From IMG/VR virus record IMGVR_UViG_3300010362_000076, positions 1-29,901 of that record: DNA of 29,901 bases; one strand, written 5' to 3'. This document shows positions 1 through 6,557 of this stretch, in pieces (the stretch's first letter is position 1; each line of letters opens with the position of its first letter). Position numbers and translations under genes: made by a program. The notes beneath the pieces are model-generated. The model was not told the origin of the DNA and did no database searches. It worked only from the letters and a program-made list of their open reading frames with translations. The DNA comes from a virus. Lineage: Duplodnaviria > Caudoviricetes.

Positions 1-69
1 CTCAGGAGGCGGGGTGGCGTGGGGCTCGTGCTGCTGACGGGCGCTCGTGCTGGTCTTGCGTACGGGCAT
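1..69 (-). CDS. hypothetical protein, N-terminal part (runs off window)
   Basis: ATG at 69 preceded by GGAGG; reads MPVRKTSTSARQQHEPHATPPPE... to the window edge. Confidence 0.55.
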   Translation of the reverse strand, partial: MPVRKTSTSARQQHEPHATPPPE

Positions 70-122
70 AAACCCTCCGGCGGCGATGCTGCCAGCCGCC
101 GGAGGTCGGGGCTAGTCCCCCC

Positions 123-312
123 TCAGTGAAATGCCAGCGCCAGGCCACACGCCGCCGCGAGCACGACGACGACGACGACGACCAGGAACGCGACGGCGCC
201 GCCGGTATCGGTGTCGCGTTCGGTGGCGACGTAGTTGATCGCTGATCGCCAGGAGCAGCAGCGCCAGGCCGATCAGGAGCAGCAGCGCCAGGCCGATGCC
301 GCCGACGATCAC
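123..312 (-). pseudogene. two-TM small membrane protein apparently frameshifted by a 7-bp tandem duplication
   Basis: GTG start overlaps the upstream TGA. Removing one TGATCGC copy (236-249) gives MIVGGIGLALLLLIGLALLLLAINYVATERDTDTGGAVAFLVVVVVVVLAAACGLALAFH*. As written, the frame ends in an Arg-rich tail at 112. Confidence 0.55.
250..297. repeat. perfect 24-bp tandem duplication (CAGGAGCAGCAGCGCCAGGCCGAT x2)
   Basis: 250-273 and 274-297 are identical; encodes IGLALLLL twice on the minus strand. Confidence 0.95.
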
Positions 313-521
313 GGGCGCACCCACTTGACGATGGCCGCGATCAGGCTGGCGAAGCCCAGGAGCATCGTGAAGATCCAGAACAGCAGGCCGGTCTTCAGCT
401 CTTGCAGCTCGCCCTTCAGGAAGTCCTTGGTGACGACGGCGGTATCGGTGACTGCCGCCTTGGCCTTCTCCTCGTCCACGCCCAGGTCGCGCAGGACGGC
501 GTACAGCTCAAGCTGACTCAT
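309..521 (-). CDS. small coiled-coil protein with C-terminal TM helix (DUF1640/CCDC90-like)
   Basis: LRDLGVDEEKAKAA...VTKDFLKGELQELK followed by hydrophobic LLFWIFTMLLGFASLIAAIV. Confidence 0.65.
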   Translation of the reverse strand: MSQLELYAVLRDLGVDEEKAKAAVTDTAVVTKDFLKGELQELKTGLLFWIFTMLLGFASLIAAIVKWVRP

Positions 522-768
522 CGGGCTTCACTCCAGGTGATTGTAGGTCTTCACTCGTGCCCAGGTCGAGCGTGAACTCACACTCGCCACAGAACGCGGC
601 GCCGGCGGTCGGATCGAGGAACACGCCGCCGCCGCAGAGCGGGCAGATCGCGCGGTAGTGGGGTTTGTCGCGGCAGGCGGCGCATGGCTCCAGGGAAGCC
701 ACGCGCCGCACCGCGTCAGTCGCGTTGTCGCACCAGGCGCAGCGCACCAGGCTGTTAGCGTTGGTCAC
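508..768 (-). CDS. Cys-rich zinc-finger protein
   Basis: four CxxC pairs (CAWC, CAAC, CPLC, CGEC); GTGA-coupled to upstream gene. Confidence 0.65.
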   Translation of the reverse strand: MTNANSLVRCAWCDNATDAVRRVASLEPCAACRDKPHYRAICPLCGGGVFLDPTAGAAFCGECEFTLDLGTSEDLQSPGVKPDESA

Positions 769-911
769 GGACGCAGACTCGTGCGGCGAGCTGGTGCAAC
801 TGCTTCGCGTCGCCGCGCGATGTCTTCAGCCGTGGCTTCCAGGCTGCGTGCGAGCCGCTGCAGCTCGCTCTCGACGATGTGCAGCTCCTGGGCGATGACG
901 GAATCGCTCAC
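765..911 (-). CDS. hypothetical 48-aa helical protein (not in ORF track)
   Basis: MSDSVIAQELHIVESELQRLARSLEATAEDIARRREAVAPARRTSLRP*; GTGA overlaps at both ends fill the operon gap. Confidence 0.65.
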   Translation of the reverse strand: MSDSVIAQELHIVESELQRLARSLEATAEDIARRREAVAPARRTSLRP

Positions 912-1180
912 AACGTCACCTCGCGCTCGTCGAACCGTTCCAGCCCCTCGGTCACGAACGCGGTCGCCTCAGCCTCGCTCAGCCCGTTGAGGGTCAGCCA
1001 GAGCGTCGCGCCCTCCTGGCTGCTGATGTGCCGCTTCTTCCCAGCCTTGACGGCGACGCACGGCACGCCAGCGACGAAGCAGCGCCCGACGCCGTAGAGC
1101 CGGCGCCGGATCGGCTTGCCGCAGAGCGTGAGCTTGACCGGCGGGTAGTGCTCCTTCTTCTTCTTCAGCTTCTTCCACAT
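908..1180 (-). CDS. hypothetical protein, basic N-terminus
   Basis: AGGAG RBS, operon context. Confidence 0.7.
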   Translation of the reverse strand: MWKKLKKKKEHYPPVKLTLCGKPIRRRLYGVGRCFVAGVPCVAVKAGKKRHISSQEGATLWLTLNGLSEAEATAFVTEGLERFDEREVTL

Positions 1181-1194
1181 CGTCGTGTCTCCTC

Positions 1195-1431
1195 TCAGAT
1201 ACGCGAGTGCTTCGCGTACAACGAGTCCCAGTACAGCTGCTCGTCGCGGTCCTCGGGGTCGGTCTGCTCGATCCGCACGATACTCGTGTCGGTCTCCTCG
1301 TCGGTGACTTCCCAGGTGCGCCAGTCCTCCGCTTCAGCGAGCGTGCGTGCCTCCTCCTGGCTGTCAGCGTCGATCCACTTTTGCCGGGTGGTCGTCTGCT
1401 TCTCTTCGACCTCCACGCGGAACTTCGGCAT
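1195..1431 (-). CDS. acidic DpnD/PcfM-like small protein
   Basis: ATG 1431 with GAGGAG RBS; MPKFRVEVEEKQTTTRQKWIDADSQEEARTLAE fits the beta-beta-'A.S.EEA' helix pattern. Confidence 0.7.
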   Translation of the reverse strand: MPKFRVEVEEKQTTTRQKWIDADSQEEARTLAEAEDWRTWEVTDEETDTSIVRIEQTDPEDRDEQLYWDSLYAKHSRI

Positions 1432-1561
1432 CGTCGTCTCCTCTCGTCTCGTGCGCCTTTGCAAAGGCGCGGTCGCCCTCGCCCCAGGGATGCGCGAGCC
1501 ACGGTTGGCCGCAGTTCGCGCACGCCATGAGGATCGGGCCGGTGTGCTTGGTGCAGGGCAT
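1364..1561 (-). CDS. hypothetical Cys/His-containing protein
   Basis: ATG 1561 with strong GAGGAG RBS, CxxH/CxxC; overlaps the next gene by 68 nt. Confidence 0.5.
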   Translation of the reverse strand: MPCTKHTGPILMACANCGQPWLAHPWGEGDRAFAKAHETRGDDDAEVPRGGRREADDHPAKVDRR

Positions 1562-1572
1562 GTCGTCTCCTC

Positions 1573-1941
1573 TCACTCCCACATGACGCCGTGCTGCCGG
1601 TGCAGGCCGTAGTGGCCCGCCGGCAGTTCGCAGGTGCGAGTCGGCACTCGGCCGCGCAGATCGTATGCGTCCTGCCGCGCGCCGCAGCGTCGGCCGGCGT
1701 CTCCCTTCGTGATCTTCAGAATGCTGTCGCCGGTTCGGTACCGCTCGCACAGCTCCGCGAGCGCATCGAGGTGCGTGCAGTACTGCGCCATCTCGTCGTC
1801 GGTCCAGTCGTCCGCTCGTGCGGGCGTGTAGCCTTCGAGCCAGGCGACGAACGAGCTAACCCGCGCGGTGTCGCGGGTCAGCCCTTTGAGCAATGCTCGT
1901 GCGACGGCGATTGCTGCCGTGGGTTTGATCGGTGCGCTCAC
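1573..1941 (-). CDS. hypothetical protein
   Basis: GTGA-coupled; C-terminal C...C....H...H cluster. Confidence 0.65.
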   Translation of the reverse strand: MSAPIKPTAAIAVARALLKGLTRDTARVSSFVAWLEGYTPARADDWTDDEMAQYCTHLDALAELCERYRTGDSILKITKGDAGRRCGARQDAYDLRGRVPTRTCELPAGHYGLHRQHGVMWE

Positions 1942-2132
1942 TGGTAGGTGCCTTCCCGCTCAGCCATCCAGGCGGCGAGCTGTGCGCTGTTCTTGGTCGG
2001 GTACGGTCCACGCCAGGTGCGTGGCCGCTCGTCGTGGTACCGGCCGTGCTCGTAGACACGGACCAGTCTCCAGACCAGGCGCCGGCCATGCCGGCGTCTG
2101 GTCGGGGCGATGAAGTACACGTAGCTCGTCAC
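1938..2132 (-). CDS. hypothetical basic protein
   Basis: GTGA-coupled at both ends; GPYPTKNSA motif. Confidence 0.65.
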   Translation of the reverse strand: MTSYVYFIAPTRRRHGRRLVWRLVRVYEHGRYHDERPRTWRGPYPTKNSAQLAAWMAEREGTYQ

Positions 2133-2380
2133 GGCTTGATCTTCCCGTCTGCGTCCAGCTCGTCGAGGTCATACACGCGCTCGTTGTGCGCCTCGTTGGC
2201 CGGTTGCCAGGTGACGCGGTTCACCAGGTCGGCGTACGCCTGGTGTTCGGCGTCGGTCGTCGGTTCCTTCACGAAGATGGCGGCGATCTGCGCCTCGGCG
2301 TCTCCAGGCGAGAGCGCCTCGATCTCGATCTCGCCGTACTCGCTGTAGTCACGGGCGAGGTAGACGCGGTACCTAGGCAT
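2129..2380 (-). CDS. acidic DpnD/PcfM-like small protein
   Basis: GAGGAGG RBS; MPRYRVYLARDYSEYGEIEIEALSPGDAEAQI. Confidence 0.7.
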   Translation of the reverse strand: MPRYRVYLARDYSEYGEIEIEALSPGDAEAQIAAIFVKEPTTDAEHQAYADLVNRVTWQPANEAHNERVYDLDELDADGKIKP

Positions 2381-2672
2381 GCCCGTTGCCTCCTCTCTCG
2401 GCGTACGCCGCGATCAGCTCCGCTTTCATCACTCGTGCGATGCGCTCGATCAGCTGCACGTCCTTCGACTCGTACCGGACCACGAACACGTCGGCGCGCT
2501 CGTGCTGAAACTCAGCCTTCAGGCTGAAGATGTCGGCGGCGCGCACCGACACCCAGGTGTCGTCGTTCTCGGTCGGGTTGATCGCCTCGGTCAGCTCCAT
2601 TGCGGCGACGTGCGTCCGGCAGTGCAGATCCTGAGTCGCCTTGATCTCGGCGTTGCTCCTGCGCTTGGCCAT
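2373..2672 (-). CDS. hypothetical protein
   Basis: AGGAG RBS, operon context. Confidence 0.75.
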   Translation of the reverse strand: MAKRRSNAEIKATQDLHCRTHVAAMELTEAINPTENDDTWVSVRAADIFSLKAEFQHERADVFVVRYESKDVQLIERIARVMKAELIAAYAERGGNGHA

Positions 2673-2703
2673 GTGTCTGGTCTCCTGGTCTCACTCGTGC
2701 GGT

Positions 2704-2877
2704 TCAGTCCTCCGGGTTTTCACTCGTGCCCTGGAACAACGGCTGCTGCCGCGCCTGGTCGGACGCGACTTCAGCCGTCAACGCGAACGGCAGATCGGCG
2801 ACGGGCGGCGCGTCTTGCGCGAGCTGGTCGGCCAGTGCCGCGAGCAGCGCCGCCACGTCGTCGGCCTGGTCAGCCAT
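2704..2877 (-). CDS. acidic 57-aa hypothetical protein
   Basis: ATG 2877 in TGATG overlap; MADQADDVAALLAALADQ...QQPLFQGTSENPED. Confidence 0.65.
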   Translation of the reverse strand: MADQADDVAALLAALADQLAQDAPPVADLPFALTAEVASDQARQQPLFQGTSENPED

Positions 2878-3068
2878 CAGCGGATCACGACCTGGCGGGC
2901 GCCGCGCAGCTCCGGGTGTTGCGCCGCCTGCTGCTTGGCGTCGGTGAGCCGCTCCTGGTAGGTCTCGCCGTAGCCCCAGATCGTGAGGCGTCGGGTCGAG
3001 CTGTCGCGCATCTCCGCCCACACACTGAAGGCGTGGAGCTTGGCGGCGATCTCGGGGTTCGGGTCCAT
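2877..3068 (-). CDS. hypothetical protein
   Basis: GAGGAGG RBS, coupled to downstream gene. Confidence 0.7.
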   Translation of the reverse strand: MDPNPEIAAKLHAFSVWAEMRDSSTRRLTIWGYGETYQERLTDAKQQAAQHPELRGARQVVIR

Positions 3069-3145
3069 CGTCTGTTGCCTCCTCGTCGTTTTGTCCGACC
3101 AGGTGAAGCCGGCCAGGTGGTCGAGCCTGGCCGGCGTGCCTGGCG

Positions 3146-3577
3146 CTAGAACTCGAACCGGCTCGCCTGGTCGGTCGCCTGGTAGTGCGCGGTCGCCTGG
3201 CGCGTCTCCAGGTCGTCGGCGATCCGCTTGATCGCGGCCTGGGCGTTCGGCGAGACCGTCAGCGTGGGAAGCGGCGCCGCGGTCGGCGCCGGCTCAACGT
3301 GCGCCTGGTAGGCGTCGATGATGGCCTGGCGGATGCGCTCCTGCCCTTCGAGCCCTTCGCCGGTCGGCCGCAACAGCGCGAACGTGCGCCGCTCGCCATT
3401 GACGCTGTAGCTCCTGGCGGGGAACGTCACGTTGTAGCCGCTGCCGGTGCGGCGTTCCCAGACCGCGAAGCCGATCAGCCGGAGACCGGCGAGCGGTCCC
3501 TCGGTGAAGATCAGCTCGGCGTCCGCCATCTTGCCAGGCGTGCCTCTGCCGTCCGTGGCGGTGATCTTGATCTGCAT
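3146..3577 (-). CDS. SpoVG-like nucleic-acid-binding protein
   Basis: GKMADAELIFTEGPLAGLRLIGFAVWERR...NVTFPARSY...RIRQAIIDAY matches the SpoVG/PC4-like pattern (A.A.v.f...l.i.g..v......V.fP.r ... i...Il.aY). Confidence 0.75.
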   Translation of the reverse strand: MQIKITATDGRGTPGKMADAELIFTEGPLAGLRLIGFAVWERRTGSGYNVTFPARSYSVNGERRTFALLRPTGEGLEGQERIRQAIIDAYQAHVEPAPTAAPLPTLTVSPNAQAAIKRIADDLETRQATAHYQATDQASRFEF

Positions 3578-3661
3578 GTCTCTGTCTCCTCCTGGTCAGC
3601 TCTCCTGAGCCTTCCGCCGCCGGCCGGAACCTGCCAGGGCTCCGGCCGGGTCGCGCAAGGT

Positions 3662-3931
3662 TCAGTCGCTGCAGCGGTCGCAGTGGCTGTCGTACCCGTT
3701 GCAGTCGGGGCACCGGGGCTGCTCCTCCTCCTGGTCGTCGGTCAGGCGGTAGCGCGTGAGGCCGTGCGGCCCGAAGTAGTGCGCGTTCCTGAGCCGCTGC
3801 AGGGTGCCCGGTTCGCTGGCGTCCATCCAGGCGTGTCGCAGGTGCGCCTTCCAGGTGCGGCCGTGCCTGGCGGCGAACGCGCGCAGCGCGGCGTGCTCCT
3901 CGGGGCTGAGTGGCTGTGTCGGTGTCTTCAT
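3662..3931 (-). CDS. hypothetical protein with C-terminal CxxC/CxxC
   Basis: ATG 3931 with GGAGG RBS; ALRAFAARHGRTWKAHLRHAW, CPDC...CDRC. Confidence 0.7.
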   Translation of the reverse strand: MKTPTQPLSPEEHAALRAFAARHGRTWKAHLRHAWMDASEPGTLQRLRNAHYFGPHGLTRYRLTDDQEEEQPRCPDCNGYDSHCDRCSD

Positions 3932-3944
3932 TAGGTCATCCTCC

Positions 3945-4346
3945 CTAGAATCCGAAGTCTGCGCGGGCCAGCGCCGGCGCCGGCGGCTGCGTGTTGGGCC
4001 TGGGCTCCAGGCGGGTCTTGAGTCCGCCGGCCGGCTGCTCGTCGTCCTGGCGGGCGCCAGGCGTCTCCCGGGTGGCGTCCAGGCGAGACCTGGTCCGCAG
4101 GGTGGCGTTGATCTGGCGGTCGACTTCCGCCAGGCGATCCAGCGCAATCTGGGACAGGTCGCGATTGTCGATGGCGATCCGGTAGGTGTGCGTGGCCAGC
4201 TCCAGGGCGTCGGTCGGCACGGTCGCTGTGACGCTGTGCGTGACGACAAAGGCCAGGGCGCGCAAGCCGTACTCCTCGGCGGGTTCGTCCAGGCGGCGCG
4301 GCGCCAGCTCCGGGAGCCTGGGGTAGTCGGTCGGTCGGGTCTGCAT
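3945..4346 (-). CDS. hypothetical protein
   Basis: AGGAGG RBS, operon context. Confidence 0.7.
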   Translation of the reverse strand: MQTRPTDYPRLPELAPRRLDEPAEEYGLRALAFVVTHSVTATVPTDALELATHTYRIAIDNRDLSQIALDRLAEVDRQINATLRTRSRLDATRETPGARQDDEQPAGGLKTRLEPRPNTQPPAPALARADFGF

Positions 4347-4440
4347 CGGTTCGTCTCCTCCTGGTGGTGTGCCTGGTCGGCGGTTCGAGAGCCGGTCCGA
4401 CCAGGTGGCGCCTGGTCGGGCCGGTTGCTCCAGCCGTCGA

Positions 4441-5544
4441 CTAGGCGGCTACCCTGGCGCGCCCCTTCGCCAGGAGCTTGGCGGCGAGCTGGTCGAGCGT
4501 CAGCCGCTCGTCCTGGTAGCCGCTCTCCTGGCTGGTCTTCGTGAGTCCCTGGGACAGTCCCCAGTAGCTCCGCGGTGAGGCGTCGAACTGTTCAGCGCAC
4601 ACCCGGTACGCCGCTTCGGCGTCCGCCTGGGTGGCGCCCATCTTCCGCAGTTCGTCGATGCAGGCTTCCTGGGTCTGCGCCAGCTCCAGGGTCATCAGGC
4701 TGCGGATGAGTGCCTCGTCGGCGGATGCCGGCCGGTTGACCCACTCCCTGGCGGTCTGTCCGACCTCGCGCAGCACGTCGCGCAGCACGCGCGTCCCGAC
4801 ATGCCGGCGGCGGTACGTCTTGTCGATGACGGCGCCCCACAACATGTGATTTCCGCAAATGAACTGGTAGAGCACGCGCTCGATCGAGACCGCGCAGTGT
4901 CCGACCTCGGAGTTCCGCACCATGAGGCCGCGGAACATGCGACCGTCGCCGCCGCGCAGACTCGGGTCGGTGACGATCGAGCCGTTGTTGGCGCCGTCGA
5001 CGATGATCAGGAACGAGTCCCGGTCCCCCATGTAGGCGCCGGCCGGCTTGCCGTCCCAGGTCGGCGGCGTCGTCCAGCCCTGGGCGCCGAACGTGTCGAC
5101 GATCGGCTTGTAGAGGTCCGCCTCCCAAAGCCGGCCGTAAGTGTCGCTGGTGACCGCGCGAGCGGTGATGCCGGCGTCGGTCTTCTGCGCCAGGATGTTG
5201 GCCACGGTGCCGGTGCCGGTGGCGCGGAGTCCGTAGTTGAGAGCGTCGGCGGCGATGCCGGCCGGCAGGCTGCGGATGTAGCTGGCGGGCGCGCCGACCA
5301 TGCGCGAGAGCTGGCCATGCGACCAGGGCGTGAGGCTGGCCAGGCCGCGCGGGCTGGTGAGGAGCAGCGCGCCGTGCTGCTTGGGGTCGCCGGCCGGCTG
5401 GATGGCCAGGTCTTTGGCGTTCCAGCTGATCTCCTTGCTGGCGAGCTTGCGGGCCTGGGCGGTCTCGACCAGGTGGGCGAGCGATTCCATGCGCTCGTCG
5501 GCGGGCCGGCGGTAGTACTCGGTCTGGGCGGTGTTGAGGTTCAT
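4441..5544 (-). CDS. DUF932-family protein
   Basis: ATG 5544; RPADER, LTPWSHGQLS..VGAPASY, RAVTSDTYGRLW, RGLMVRNSEVG, QFICGNH motifs typical of DUF932. Confidence 0.8.
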   Translation of the reverse strand: MNLNTAQTEYYRRPADERMESLAHLVETAQARKLASKEISWNAKDLAIQPAGDPKQHGALLLTSPRGLASLTPWSHGQLSRMVGAPASYIRSLPAGIAADALNYGLRATGTGTVANILAQKTDAGITARAVTSDTYGRLWEADLYKPIVDTFGAQGWTTPPTWDGKPAGAYMGDRDSFLIIVDGANNGSIVTDPSLRGGDGRMFRGLMVRNSEVGHCAVSIERVLYQFICGNHMLWGAVIDKTYRRRHVGTRVLRDVLREVGQTAREWVNRPASADEALIRSLMTLELAQTQEACIDELRKMGATQADAEAAYRVCAEQFDASPRSYWGLSQGLTKTSQESGYQDERLTLDQLAAKLLAKGRARVAA

Positions 5545-5686
5545 GGCTGTGTCCCTTCGGTGAAGGCTGAGCACCTTGGCTCAGCGGGTGTGCGCTCCGG
5601 CCTGGTGGTCATGGCGTCCTGGTCCCGCTCCTGAGGTGGGGCGCCTGTCGGCGCCCGGTTGCGACGTGCGAGGTGTTGCATGTGCC

Positions 5687-5714
5687 AATGTAGGCAGCAC
5701 GTTACAGGTGTCAA
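5687..5714 (-). promoter_or_regulatory. sigma70-type promoter for the left (early) operon
   Basis: minus strand TTGACA (5714-5709)-N16-TACATT (5692-5687). Confidence 0.7.
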
Positions 5715-5731
5715 GGGAACAAACGGCGAAG

Positions 5732-5764
5732 AGACTGTGACAAGATTGTGAAAAGACTGTGACA
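5732..5764 (-). promoter_or_regulatory. three tandem 11-bp direct repeats, Pho-box/OmpR-family-like
   Basis: plus strand AGACTGTGACA AGATTGTGAAA AGACTGTGACA, just upstream of the -35. Confidence 0.6.
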
Positions 5765-5917
5765 GGCGCCGGCGCCTGGTCGCCGGCCTGGCGGGCTGCT
5801 CCAGGGCGAGGGCACACCAGCGGGCACGCGGCGCCAGCTCCTGGCCGAAACCCCAGCCGAACCGGCGATGTTACGGCCCTGCCAGGGCTGCAGCGCCTGG
5901 CGGCGCGTCAGCTCGTC

Positions 5918-5952
5918 GGCCAGGCGCGCGGCCAGGCGCGCTCCTGGCGCGC
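5918..5952. repeat. short tandem repeats GGCCAGGCGCGC x2 plus TCCTGGCGCGC
   Basis: read directly; lies in a non-coding CCWGG-dense stretch. Confidence 0.7.
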
Positions 5953-5994
5953 GAGCCCGCGCATTGTCCGCGGGCTGGCCCGGCGGCCCGGCGG

Positions 5995-6075
5995 GTGGAT
6001 ACGCGCCCGGTGTCAGAAAATTTTTCAGAAAATGTTCGCGTGAAAAATTTTTCGGGTGGGAACTTTTTCACAGTC
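5995..6075. other. A/T-tract junction; candidate packaging initiation site or genome terminus
   Basis: TCAGAAAAT x2 (6013, 6025) and further A/T tracts in otherwise very GC-rich DNA, at the strand and composition switch. Confidence 0.4.
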
Positions 6076-6099
6076 CCTACGGCTAGGGGTCATCCCGTG

Positions 6100-6136
6100 C
6101 TGGCGCACTATCACTCTCCGTGATACCCTCCGCGCG
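6100..6136 (+). promoter_or_regulatory. rightward extended -10 promoter (likely leaderless) overlapped by a 17-bp palindrome
   Basis: TGaTACCCT (6121-6129), 6 nt before GTG 6136 with no SD; TATCAC-N5-GTGATA at 6109-6125. Confidence 0.5.
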
Positions 6137-6375
6137 TGGCGACGATCGACCAGCGGCACCTGATCGACGACCTGATCGCTAGGAACGGTGACCCGGAGCC
6201 GGGCGACCCGGCGAACGTTCACGCGGTGAAGGTGGTCGAGTACCAGACCTACGAGGGCGCGACCGTCTGGGGCGTGGTCTTCAACGTCGAGACCTGGGAC
6301 CCGCACATGCTGATGCGCTACGAAATGCCAACCGACTACGTCAGGAACCCTCGGGTGATTTGGAGGAGAGCCTAG
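6136..6375 (+). CDS. hypothetical protein
   Basis: protein-like 79-aa ORF, first gene of the right arm. Confidence 0.7.
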   Translation: MATIDQRHLIDDLIARNGDPEPGDPANVHAVKVVEYQTYEGATVWGVVFNVETWDPHMLMRYEMPTDYVRNPRVIWRRA

Positions 6376-6551
6376 TGCTGCATCTCACCTGCGACGACGC
6401 CGATCCGACGCTACACACGCCCCAGCCCTGCGCCGGCTGCGGCCATCCCACCCTGCTGCGCTGCTCCGCTTGTCAGGAGGCGTGCTGTGCGGCGCATGAT
6501 TGTCCCTGCGGGGGCGACGCGCCGCCCACGCCCTCACGAAAGGAGTCGTGA
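6375..6551 (+). CDS. small Cys/His zinc-finger protein
   Basis: GTG 6375 after GGAGG; CAGC, CSAC, CCAAHDCPC. Confidence 0.6.
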   Translation: MLHLTCDDADPTLHTPQPCAGCGHPTLLRCSACQEACCAAHDCPCGGDAPPTPSRKES

Positions 6552-6557
6552 CGCCTG

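Noticed and set aside
5541-5612. 23-codon leader ORF (MTTRPERT...) ending in ATGA overlap with DUF932
   Set aside because: Weak RBS and very short; cannot be distinguished from chance without ribosome profiling
235-5634. Plus-strand ORFs in the left arm
   Set aside because: Antisense to a tightly packed minus-strand operon with RBSs and coupled junctions
5732-5995. Short repeats as a CRISPR array or iterons
   Set aside because: Units are 8-12 bp and adjacent, with no spacers; no cas or rep gene seen
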